From: Methylocystis sp.
Lineage (GTDB): Bacteria; Pseudomonadota; Alphaproteobacteria; Rhizobiales; Beijerinckiaceae
DNA: 64,000 bases
Reading direction: 5' to 3'
NCBI GenBank assembly: GCA_051061385.1
Contig: JBPFDX010000094.1
Span: 7,252 to 71,251 of the forward strand
In this document: piece after piece, positions 28,618-37,152 of the stretch
Position numbering within the stretch: position 1 is the first letter of the stretch
Layout: each line of letters opens with the position of its first letter
Translations under genes and position numbers: made by a program
Notes under the pieces: model-generated
The model's database searches: none
Told to the model about the DNA's origin: nothing
Seen by the model: the letters and a program-made list of their open reading frames with translations, nothing else

Positions 28618-29166
28618 ATGATCAAAAAATTCCTGTTCGCCGCGGCTTGCGGGCTGTCGCTATTCGCCGGCGCCGCCGCCTTCGCCGAGGACGATGACGA
28701 TGATCAGGGCGAGCACATGATGCACGAGCAGCATATGAAGATGTCGCCGAAGATGGGCGACACGCGCCAGGAGGTCGATGTTCCATCGCCGATGCGCACG
28801 CAAATGCTCTCTCACATGCGCGGCCACGCCGAGGCGATCGCCGAGATCCTCGCCGCGCTCGGCAAGGGCGACGGCGCGGCGGCGGCCAAAGTCGCCGACG
28901 CGCGCCTCGGCATGGCGTCTTCGGGCGCAGCGGCGTGCAAGCCGAACGCCAAGAGCGGCGAACTCGGCGATATGCCGGCGATGATGGCGCGACACATGCC
29001 CGACGAGATGCGCGCGCTCGGTCTGACGATGCACGAACAGGCGAGCAAATTCGCCCAGGAGGCGGCCAAGATCGGGCCCGGCGGCGACATGCGTCCCGCG
29101 CTTGCCGAATTGTCGCAAGTCGTGCAAGCCTGCAACGCCTGTCACGCCGCCTATCGCCTCGATTAG
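28618..29166 (+). CDS. Periplasmic class II (c'-type) cytochrome c with acidic and His/Met-rich N-terminus
   Basis: Signal peptide; C-terminal CNACH; helical body. Confidence 0.8.
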   Translation: MIKKFLFAAACGLSLFAGAAAFAEDDDDDQGEHMMHEQHMKMSPKMGDTRQEVDVPSPMRTQMLSHMRGHAEAIAEILAALGKGDGAAAAKVADARLGMASSGAAACKPNAKSGELGDMPAMMARHMPDEMRALGLTMHEQASKFAQEAAKIGPGGDMRPALAELSQVVQACNACHAAYRLD

Positions 29167-29257
29167 CGCTCGCGTGCGGCGCTCTAAATTATGTGAACGA
29201 TCACGTCATCTGGATTTGGGCGATTCGCCCAAATCCAGCGTGATCTAGGAGCCGACC

Positions 29258-30043
29258 GTGCGCATCGCGACCTGGAACGTCAATTCCGTAAGGCAGCGTC
29301 TCGCGCCGCTTCTCGCCTTTCTGCGGGACGCTGCGCCTGACGCGCTCTGCCTGCAGGAAACCAAGTGCGAGGATCACGCTTTCCCGCGGCTTGAGATCGA
29401 AGACGCGGGATATAACGTCGCCGTCCACGGGCAGAAGGGGTTCAACGGCGTCGCGATCCTGTCGGAGTCGCCGCTGCAGGACGTCGTCCTCGGCCTGCCA
29501 GGCTTCGACGGCGAGGCGCAGTCGCGCTACATCGAGGCGGTTCTCGCCGACGGCGCCGGCGGCGTGATGCGCGTCGCGTCCATCTATGCGCCAAACGGCA
29601 ATCCGCCGGATACGCAGAAATACTCTTACAAACTCGCCTTCATGGAGGCGCTGACGCGACATGCCGACGCGCTGCTGCGTCTCGAAGAGCCGACGGTTCT
29701 CGCCGGCGACTACAACGTCATTCCCGATGCGCGCGACGTCTATGAAGCCTCGGCGTGGCTTGGCGACGCATTATTTTTGCCGCAGACTCGCGCGGCCTAT
29801 CAGCGCCTGATCAATCTCGGCTACGCCGATGCGCTGCGGGCGACGTCGGACGAAGGCGGGCTCTACACGTTCTGGGATTATCAGGCCGGCGCCTGGCAGA
29901 AGAACAAGGGCCTTCGCATCGACCACCTTCTGCTCTCGCCGCGCGCAGCGGATCGGCTGGCGCGCGTGGAGATCGTCAAGTCGATGCGCGCCGGCGACAA
30001 GCCCTCCGATCACGTCGCGATCTACGCCGATTTCGCTGCGTGA
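29258..30043 (+). CDS. xth: Exodeoxyribonuclease III
   Basis: IATWNVNS, LQETK, GDYN, RIDHLL, SDH; GTG start. Confidence 0.95.
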   Translation: MRIATWNVNSVRQRLAPLLAFLRDAAPDALCLQETKCEDHAFPRLEIEDAGYNVAVHGQKGFNGVAILSESPLQDVVLGLPGFDGEAQSRYIEAVLADGAGGVMRVASIYAPNGNPPDTQKYSYKLAFMEALTRHADALLRLEEPTVLAGDYNVIPDARDVYEASAWLGDALFLPQTRAAYQRLINLGYADALRATSDEGGLYTFWDYQAGAWQKNKGLRIDHLLLSPRAADRLARVEIVKSMRAGDKPSDHVAIYADFAA

Positions 30044-30837
30044 TCGAAAAGCCCAAGCGCGCCGCCGCTGCGCCAGAGCACATAGAGCGCCACCGCGAAG
30101 ACCACCGTGGCGAAGACGGCGCTCAGCGCGCCGCGCATTTTCGACAGTCGCCGCGCCACCGCGGCGCCGATCAGCCCGCCGAACGCGCCGCCGATCACCA
30201 GCGTTCCGGCAAGCTCCCATTCGACGAGGTCTGAATAGGCGTAGTTCGCCGCCGTCGTGACCGCAAAGGCGGCGACGGCGACGAGCGACGAGCCGATGGC
30301 GTTCAGGATCGGCATGTCGGAAGCGAACATCAGCCCGGGCACGATCAGGAAGCCGCCGCCGATCCCGAAGAAGCCGGAAAGCGCGCCCGCCGTCACGCCG
30401 GCGCCCGCGAGCCGCGGAAAATTCTCGCGGTTGAGTCTTACCGAGGGATATCCCAAGGAGCCCCGACGGCGCAGCATGAGATAGGACACGACGATCATCA
30501 GCAGCGCGAAGAGCGCGAGCAGCTTCTCGCCATTGATGATCTTGCCGAGCGTCGATCCTGCGAAGGCGCCGCCGATGCCGAAAAGCGCGAAAACGGAAGC
30601 GCAGCGCCATTTGATAGTGCGCGCGCGCGCATGATTGGCGAGACTCATCAGCGCATTGACCGCGACCGCCGCCGCGCTCGAGCCGATCGCGACATGCGGA
30701 TTCGGCACGCCAACGAAATAGACGAGAAGCGGCACGGCAAGCACCGAGCCGCCGCCGCCGACCAGGCCGAGCGTAAAGCCGACGAGGGCGCCGGAGATCA
30801 GGCCGAGCACGGCGTCGAGGGGAAGAGCCGTCAGCAT
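30022..30837 (-). CDS. TauE/SafE sulfite exporter
   Basis: GLVGGGGSVLAVP, GFFGIGGGFLIVP repeats. Confidence 0.9.
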   Translation of the reverse strand: MLTALPLDAVLGLISGALVGFTLGLVGGGGSVLAVPLLVYFVGVPNPHVAIGSSAAAVAVNALMSLANHARARTIKWRCASVFALFGIGGAFAGSTLGKIINGEKLLALFALLMIVVSYLMLRRRGSLGYPSVRLNRENFPRLAGAGVTAGALSGFFGIGGGFLIVPGLMFASDMPILNAIGSSLVAVAAFAVTTAANYAYSDLVEWELAGTLVIGGAFGGLIGAAVARRLSKMRGALSAVFATVVFAVALYVLWRSGGALGLFDHAAKSA

Positions 30838-30867
30838 GTCAGCATGTCGCTCCTTCGCGCGTGTAAT

Positions 30868-30898
30868 ATTAGCACTTGCTTATTTAGCTATAGCGCAT
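30868..30898. promoter_or_regulatory. Putative SqrR/BigR tandem operator D
   Basis: ATTA-N8-TTATTTA-N8-GCAT in the divergent tauE/pdo promoter region. Confidence 0.65.
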
Positions 30899-30977
30899 AT
30901 ATCTGACGGCGCAAGCACGAAAGGCGAAAGCACGAAGGAAGAGAAGCGCTTGAGCGCTGCACTTGAAGGAGAGATCG

Positions 30978-31865
30978 ATGTCGCAGGCGCCGTCAGTGAG
31001 GGCCTTCTTCGACGAGCCCACCAATACGATCACCTATATTGTCAGCGATCCCGCCACTAAGCGTGCGGCGATCGTCGACCCCGTGCTCGACTATGACCCG
31101 GCGAGCGGCGTCGCAGATTCGCATTCCGTCGACGCCATCCTCGCCGAGGCGGCGCGGGAGGGTTTGACAATCGACTGGGTGCTTGAGACCCACGCGCACG
31201 CCGACCACCTTTCCGCCGCCCAGATCGTCAAGGCGGCGACGGGGGCGAAGATCGGCATCGGCGAACACATCGACAAGGTCCAGAAGCTCTTCAAGCCGGT
31301 GTTCGGCGCTGACGACCTGAAGGCCGACGGCGGCTGCTTCGACCACCTCTTCAAGGACGGCGAGCGGTTCAAGATCGGCGAGATCGAGGCCGAAACGATC
31401 TACACGCCCGGCCACACGCCGGCCGACGTCGCCTACAGGATCGGCGATGCGGTGTTTGTCGGCGACACGCTGTTCATGCCTGACTATGGGACGGCGCGCG
31501 CGGATTTCCCGGGCGGCGACGCGCATGCGCTCTATCGGTCGATCCGGCGAATTCTCTCGCTGCCGCCGCAGACGCGGCTCTTCATGTGCCACGACTACAA
31601 GGCGCCGGGACGCGACGCCTACGCCTGGGAGACGACGGTCGCGGAGCAGCGCGCCAAGAACGTGCAGATCAGAGACGGCGTCAGCGAAGAGGAATTCGTG
31701 GCCCAGCGCCAGAAGCGGGACAAGGGGCTCGCCGCCCCGCGTCTGCTGCTGCCGTCGATTCAAGTGAACATTCGCGCCGGCAAGTTTCCGCCGCCGCAGG
31801 AGGGCGGCGCGCGCTTCCTCCGCATCCCGGTGAAGTTCACGGGCGCCGCGGCGCGCGCCGGCTGA
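30978..31865 (+). CDS. Persulfide dioxygenase (MBL fold, Blh/SdoA type)
   Basis: DPVLDYD, ETHAHADHLS, TPGHTPA, GDTLFMPDYGTARADFPGG, CHDY, LLLPSIQVN. Confidence 0.92.
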   Translation: MSQAPSVRAFFDEPTNTITYIVSDPATKRAAIVDPVLDYDPASGVADSHSVDAILAEAAREGLTIDWVLETHAHADHLSAAQIVKAATGAKIGIGEHIDKVQKLFKPVFGADDLKADGGCFDHLFKDGERFKIGEIEAETIYTPGHTPADVAYRIGDAVFVGDTLFMPDYGTARADFPGGDAHALYRSIRRILSLPPQTRLFMCHDYKAPGRDAYAWETTVAEQRAKNVQIRDGVSEEEFVAQRQKRDKGLAAPRLLLPSIQVNIRAGKFPPPQEGGARFLRIPVKFTGAAARAG

Positions 31866-31878
31866 CGCTCGAAATCGC

Positions 31879-32766
31879 TTAGTTGCGTTCGCGCAGATAG
31901 CCTTCGAGCATGGCGCCGGCGGCTCTGCGGTCGGCCTCGCTCGCGGAGCTCAGCGCTTCGGCGTGCAGATCGGCGATCCATTGATCGCGCGCCGCGCCGC
32001 CCGCCCCGTCGCGCGCCAGCGTCAGATACATCAGGCCGCGGGCGCGTTCCGGTTCGCCGCTCGCTTCGCCGGTGAACATCATCCGGCCGAGCATCGCCTG
32101 CGCCTGCGGATGGCCCTTGCGCGCCGCAAGCTCCAGCCAGTTCACGCCCTGGCGGACGTTCTTCTTCACGCCGGCGCCTTCGAGATACATGCGCGCCAGA
32201 TTGTATTGAGCGTCGGCGTTGCGGAAATAGGTCGCGGCGTAGCGGAACAGATCGAAGGCGCGATCGAGATCGGGCCGGATCTTTGCGCTTGGAACGCCGT
32301 CGCGCAGATAGATCCCCACCGCCACGAAGGCGCTCGCCGCCATCGACCGTTCGCGCGGATCCGGCTCGTCGTCGGCGTAATGGTCGACAATCTCCGAGAA
32401 ATATTCATACGCCTTGGCGTCGTCGCGCGCGACGCCGTCGCCTTCGGCATACATCCGGCCGAGCTTCCACTTCGCGAGCGGCTCGCCGCCTTCGGCGGCG
32501 TAGCGCAGTGCGGCGACTGACGTGGCGGGGTCGCCCGCGTGGTAGCTTTCGAGCCCGGCGCGCAAAGCGGCGCGCGGATCCTTGAACATCGGCAGCGGTT
32601 GCGTATCGGCGCGCGCCGATGTTCGCGGCGCGTCCAGCGCCGGCGCCGGCGCGACAAAGGCCGTCACGAGCATGCCCAGGCTCGTCGCGAAAAGGCAGAC
32701 CGGCAACGTCGCGCGCCTATTGCCCCTAACGGCGGGAGCCAAGCCCATCTGAACGCCTGCGACCAT
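31879..32766 (-). CDS. exoR: Sel1-repeat periplasmic protein, ExoR-like
   Basis: Sel1 repeats (WKLGRMYAEGDGV, AQYNLARMYLEG) resembling rhizobial ExoR; near xth; start uncertain. Confidence 0.7.
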   Translation of the reverse strand: MVAGVQMGLAPAVRGNRRATLPVCLFATSLGMLVTAFVAPAPALDAPRTSARADTQPLPMFKDPRAALRAGLESYHAGDPATSVAALRYAAEGGEPLAKWKLGRMYAEGDGVARDDAKAYEYFSEIVDHYADDEPDPRERSMAASAFVAVGIYLRDGVPSAKIRPDLDRAFDLFRYAATYFRNADAQYNLARMYLEGAGVKKNVRQGVNWLELAARKGHPQAQAMLGRMMFTGEASGEPERARGLMYLTLARDGAGGAARDQWIADLHAEALSSASEADRRAAGAMLEGYLRERN

Positions 32767-33149
32767 AATATTCCGACTTTCCTCACCTAGAAGACGCCCG
32801 ACGTCTTTAAGGCCATACGCCAGCCGTCACCGCCGATCAGCGAGAGGGAAAGAAGGAACCTGCGGCCGAAAGCGAAATCTTCCGGCGCATGTCTCCGCAT
32901 CTCGAATGAGCTTGTGACACGATCACCTTAGCGTAGGCTTTGTGTCTGAAAAGGGGCTTGGCAGGCGACAATAGTGGGCAAGATGCTAATCTGTTGAACT
33001 GTTGCAATTAGAACACAGAGCTGTTGCAGAAATGCCGCAACCACGCTTGGCGCCGGCTCAAAATCTCGCGCAAACGACCTGATATCCAGCGGCCCGCGCT
33101 TGTGCTTTCATGCGGGCGAATCGACGACCAGCGCTTGAAGGAAAACTAC

Positions 33150-33527
33150 ATGCAGTTTCGCCGCTTGATGCTCGCAACGTCCCTCGTCGGCGCGAGCACC
33201 GTATTCACAACCGCCGCCCTGGCGGCCGGCGACGCTCAGCGCGGGGCGATCATTGCGAAGCGTTGGTGCGCGTCCTGCCACGTGGTGACGTCGGACCAGG
33301 CCAGCGCCTCCGCCGACGTGCCGTCTTTCTTCGACATCGCCGGGCGGCGGACGGACAGGAAGAAGCTTGGCCATTTCCTGATGGATCCGCATCCGCCGAT
33401 GCCCGACATGCACCTCTCGCGCAAGGAGATCGACGACATCGTCTCCTATATCCGCAGCCTCGATCCGCGCCCGCAGCCCCCGCCGGAGCCCGACGGAAAG
33501 GACAAGGAGCTGCCGAAGAACGGGTAA
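33150..33527 (+). CDS. Monoheme class I cytochrome c
   Basis: Signal peptide, CASCH, HPPMP distal Met. Confidence 0.88.
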   Translation: MQFRRLMLATSLVGASTVFTTAALAAGDAQRGAIIAKRWCASCHVVTSDQASASADVPSFFDIAGRRTDRKKLGHFLMDPHPPMPDMHLSRKEIDDIVSYIRSLDPRPQPPPEPDGKDKELPKNG

Positions 33528-33572
33528 GCCAGTCCCGCTTTACGCCGCAGGGCGTCCGCGCTAGAGCGGGCA

Positions 33573-34205
33573 ATGGCCTACATCGTCAAGGAAGCCTTCA
33601 AAACGCTGCAGGGCGAGGGCGTTAACGCGGGTCGCGCCGCGGTGTTCTGCCGCTTCGCCGGGTGCAATCTGTGGAGTGGGCGCGAAGAGGATCGCGCCGC
33701 CGCGCAGTGCCAGTTTTGCGACACGGACTTCGTCGGCTTCGAGGGCGAAGGCGGCGGCAAGTTCTCGGACGCGACGGCGCTTGCCGGACATCTGGCGCGG
33801 CTCTGGGGGGAGGCCCCTGAGCGGCGCTTCGCCGTGCTGACCGGCGGCGAGCCGATGCTGCAGATCGATGAGGCGCTGATCGCGGCGCTTCACGCGCAGG
33901 GGTTCGAGATCGCCATCGAGACCAAGGGCACACTGCCGGTCCCCTCCGGGATCGACTGGATCTGCGTGTCGCCCAAGGGCGGCGCGCCGCTCGTCCAGAC
34001 CCGCGGCGCGGAATTGAAGCTGGTCTTCCCGCAGCAGGGGGTCGACCCCGCCGCCTATGAGGGCCTCGACTTTCAGCATTTTCTGCTGCAGCCCATGGAC
34101 GGCCCGGATGTTTCGCGCAATACGGAGGCCGCGGTCAGCTACTGCCTGGCGCATCCGCGCTGGCGTCTGTCCCTGCAGACCCACAAGGCGATCGGGGTGA
34201 AGTAA
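33573..34205 (+). CDS. queE: 7-carboxy-7-deazaguanine synthase (Cx14CxxC radical SAM)
   Basis: TLQGEG, FCRFAGCNLW...CQFCDTDF, TGGEP, SLQTHK. Confidence 0.95.
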   Translation: MAYIVKEAFKTLQGEGVNAGRAAVFCRFAGCNLWSGREEDRAAAQCQFCDTDFVGFEGEGGGKFSDATALAGHLARLWGEAPERRFAVLTGGEPMLQIDEALIAALHAQGFEIAIETKGTLPVPSGIDWICVSPKGGAPLVQTRGAELKLVFPQQGVDPAAYEGLDFQHFLLQPMDGPDVSRNTEAAVSYCLAHPRWRLSLQTHKAIGVK

Positions 34206-34208
34206 GAC

Positions 34209-34583
34209 GTGTCGACGTTCGAGGTCTTTCGCGAATTCTATTTCGAGGCGGCGCACGCCCTTTATGACCCGGAGGCTCCAGAGGGCGGCAAATACCGCAA
34301 TCTGCACGGGCATTCCTTTCGCGTGCGCGTCACCCTGCGTGGCGAGCGCCGCGTCGAAGAGCAGTGGGTGATCGACCTCGGCAAGCTTGGCCGCAGGCTC
34401 GCCGAGCTGCGCGAAACTCTCGACCACTCTTTTCTCAATGATCTCGAAGGGCTGGGAAAGCCGACGCTCGAAAATCTGTGCGCCTATATCTGGCGCGACC
34501 TCTCGCCGACGCTGCCCGGCCTCGCCGAAGTTGGGGTCTTTCGCGACAGCTGTTTCGAGGGCTGCGTCTACCGCGGCGACTGA
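34209..34583 (+). CDS. queD: 6-carboxytetrahydropterin synthase
   Basis: FEAAH, LHGHSF, LDHSFLN, PTLEN; GTG start. Confidence 0.9.
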   Translation: MSTFEVFREFYFEAAHALYDPEAPEGGKYRNLHGHSFRVRVTLRGERRVEEQWVIDLGKLGRRLAELRETLDHSFLNDLEGLGKPTLENLCAYIWRDLSPTLPGLAEVGVFRDSCFEGCVYRGD

Positions 34584-34760
34584 CCGCCATTCTCCAGCGC
34601 GTTTGCGGGGTTTGCGGCCGGTCTGCGGCGCAAAGCCGCTATTGCGCAAGGGCGGCGCGGTCTCTACGGTTGAGCGCTCATTTTGTGCAGAACGCCCACC
34701 AGCGCGGCGACGTCAACGGCCCGTAGGGAGAAGAGTGGGGAGCGAGGGCACCCTGAGGAC

Positions 34761-36722
34761 ATGGCGAACAACAAAGTCATTACCGCCGACGAGGCGATTG
34801 CGCTCATTCGCGACAATGACGTCGTAACCACCACGGGCTTCGTCCAGAGCTGTATCCCCGAAGCCTTGCACGCCGCCTTGGAAAAGCGCTTCGTCGAGAC
34901 TCAGCATCCGCGCGACCTCACGCTGATCATGACCGCGGGCGCCGGCGACTCCAAGGGCCTCGGCACCGGGCGTTTCCATCACGAAGGATTGTTGCGCCGG
35001 GTCATCGCGGCGAACTTCGGCCGCATGCCGAAGGTCGCCCAGGCCGCGCAGGAAAATAAAATCTGCGGCTACAATCTCCCGCAGGGCGTCATCTCGCAGC
35101 TCTATCGCGCCTGCGCCTCGGGCCAGCCGGGGCTCTTCTCCAAAGTCGGCCTCTACACCTATGTCGATCCGCGCTTTGGCGGCGGCAAGGTGAATGACCG
35201 CACCAAGGAGGACATGGTCAAATACCACAACATCATGGGCGAGGAGTGGCTCTTCTACATCGCCACGAAGATCGACGTCGCCTTCATCCGCGGCACCTCG
35301 GCCGACCCCTCCGGCAATATTTCAATGGAGCGCGAGGCGCTCGTGCTCGACAACCTCGCTCAGGCGATGGCCGCGCATAACAATGGCGGGCTCGTCATCG
35401 CGCAGGTCGAGCGCATCGTCGAGCAGGGGTCGATCAAGCCGAAGGACGTGCATGTGCCGGGCATTCTCGTCTCGGCCGTCGTCGTCGCCGATCCGCCGGA
35501 AATGCACCGGATGAATTACGGCGTGATCCATAATCCCGCGCTTGCGGGCGAGATCCGCGTGCCGGTCGAGAAGTTCGCCAAGATGCCGCTCGACGAGCGC
35601 AAGGTCATCGCCCGTCGCGCCAGCTTCGAGCTGCCGCCGAACGGCGTCGTCAATCTCGGCGTCGGCGCGCCGGAAGGCATCGCCGCGGTCGCCAATGAAG
35701 AAAAGATGACGCCCTACATCACGCTGACGACGGAAGCCGGCGCGATCGGCGGCGTGCTGGCGTCCGGTTCGAGCTTCGGCGCGGCGACCAACGCCGACGC
35801 AATCATCCAGCAGAACCAGCAGTTCGACTTCTATGACGGCGGCGGTCTCGACATGACCTGTCTCGGCATGGCCGAATGCGATCTGCAGGGCAACGTCAAC
35901 ACGTCGAAATTCGGCGGACGGCTCAACGGCTGCGGCGGCTTCATCAATATCAGCCAGAATGCGCGGCTCGTCGTTTACGCCGGCACTTTCACCAATGGCG
36001 GGCTGCGCGTCGAGATCGCCGACGGGAAGGTGAATATCCTGCAGGAAGGCCGGAACAAGAAGTTCCTGAACGCCGTCGAGCAGATCACCTTCTCGGGCAA
36101 ATTCGCGCTAAAGCGCAAGCAGCCAGTCTATTACGTGACCGAGCGCTGCGTGTTCAAACTCGCCGACAAGGGGCTCGAACTGATCGAGGTCGCGCCTGGC
36201 GTCGATATCGACCGGGACATCCTGGCGCATATGGAATTCAAGCCGATCGTCGATCATCCCGAATTGATGGATAAGCGCATCTTCATCGACGAACCGATGG
36301 GGCTGCTCGCGGATCTCATCAACCTCAACATGTCGGATCGCGTCACCTATGACGCCGACCGCAACATCCTGTTCGTCAATCTCGAAGGCTGGCACGCGCG
36401 CACGAAGAAGGACATCGACGATCTGCGCAAGACGCTGATCGAGGCGTCGGAAAAGGTCGGCAAGCGCGTCAACTCCGTCGTCAATCACGACGGCTGGAAG
36501 ATCAATGAGGCGCTCTACGACGATTACGCCGAAATGATCGACTATATGAGCCAGCACTACTATCTGACGACGACGCGCTATGCGACGAGCGCTTTCGCGC
36601 GGCTGAAGATGAAGGAGGCGCTCTCCAAGCGCGGTCTGCAGCCGCATGTGTTCGAGCGGCGCGAGGCGGCGGAGACCTTCCTCGAGGTCGTCAGCAAGGA
36701 AGAGGAGAAGGCGCCGGCGTAA
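34761..36722 (+). CDS. Acyl-CoA:acetate/propionate CoA-transferase (YdiF/Pct type) with extra C-terminal domain
   Basis: Fused alpha/beta CoA-transferase, VNLGVG, TTEAG catalytic Glu, VYYVTERCVF; ~120-aa extension. Confidence 0.88.
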   Translation: MANNKVITADEAIALIRDNDVVTTTGFVQSCIPEALHAALEKRFVETQHPRDLTLIMTAGAGDSKGLGTGRFHHEGLLRRVIAANFGRMPKVAQAAQENKICGYNLPQGVISQLYRACASGQPGLFSKVGLYTYVDPRFGGGKVNDRTKEDMVKYHNIMGEEWLFYIATKIDVAFIRGTSADPSGNISMEREALVLDNLAQAMAAHNNGGLVIAQVERIVEQGSIKPKDVHVPGILVSAVVVADPPEMHRMNYGVIHNPALAGEIRVPVEKFAKMPLDERKVIARRASFELPPNGVVNLGVGAPEGIAAVANEEKMTPYITLTTEAGAIGGVLASGSSFGAATNADAIIQQNQQFDFYDGGGLDMTCLGMAECDLQGNVNTSKFGGRLNGCGGFINISQNARLVVYAGTFTNGGLRVEIADGKVNILQEGRNKKFLNAVEQITFSGKFALKRKQPVYYVTERCVFKLADKGLELIEVAPGVDIDRDILAHMEFKPIVDHPELMDKRIFIDEPMGLLADLINLNMSDRVTYDADRNILFVNLEGWHARTKKDIDDLRKTLIEASEKVGKRVNSVVNHDGWKINEALYDDYAEMIDYMSQHYYLTTTRYATSAFARLKMKEALSKRGLQPHVFERREAAETFLEVVSKEEEKAPA

Positions 36723-36787
36723 GCCAGGCGGCGACTCGGATCCGGCGCTGCCGCACAGCGCCGGTCGTCCTTCAATCGGCTCGCAAT

Positions 36788-36830
36788 AAAACAGGCCCCG
36801 TGGCGCGGAAGCTCACGGGGCCTTTTGCTT
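36788..36830. terminator. Bidirectional intrinsic terminator
   Basis: AAAAC-AGGCCCCGTG...CACGGGGCCT-TTTG: 10-bp stem with T-runs on both strands. Confidence 0.85.
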
Positions 36831-37145
36831 CTCAGGTCGAAGCAAGCCTGGATTGTCCAGTCTGGGGTCGGGCGTCCGATGCTTGGCCTTTGCGTTCGGC
36901 CGCCCGGAAGGATGTCAAATGTCTTCAGAAGATGGACGGACCAAGCAGCTGTTCTTGACCGCCCAGTGACCGGAACGAAACGCCGGTCAAATGGAATGAC
37001 CCGGTGGCGTCATGCTCCTCTCGCAACTTAGTTGCCCGGTTCGGCCCACAACAGGGGTTTTGCAGGCCTTCCATAATCGCCTTCGCATCGAGGTCCCGCC
37101 CGAGCGAGCCTGCCGACCATGCTGCCAGATCGACAAGTGCGATGT
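36789..37145 (-). ncRNA. Candidate large structured ncRNA of unrecognised class
   Basis: Nested long-range helices closing 37121 onto 36833, many internal hairpins, upstream TTGACC-N17-CATCCT and downstream terminator; no credible ORF. Confidence 0.55.
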
Positions 37146-37152
37146 ATCGAAA

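Noticed and set aside
29185-29205. TAAATTA core and TGTGA-N4-TCAC upstream of xth
   Set aside because: Flanks do not fit the 31-bp operator, and the spacing fits neither CRP nor the N5 motif
15378-31865. Sulfur cluster as a mobile genomic island
   Set aside because: No integrase, transposase, tRNA or flanking direct repeats seen, and no obvious compositional shift by eye
32914-32926. GTGAC-ACG-ATCAC between exoR-like and cytochrome c genes as a fifth palindrome copy
   Set aside because: Mismatch in the conserved right half and a non-AT spacer; too weak without a position weight matrix
33573-34583. queE-queD as part of a 7-deazaguanine DNA-modification (dpd) system
   Set aside because: No dpdA/tgt-like, queC or restriction genes nearby; most simply housekeeping queuosine synthesis
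37023-37035. GCAAC-TTA-GTTGC as another copy of the Crp-type palindrome
   Set aside because: Three mismatches to the motif; better explained as a hairpin of the RNA candidate
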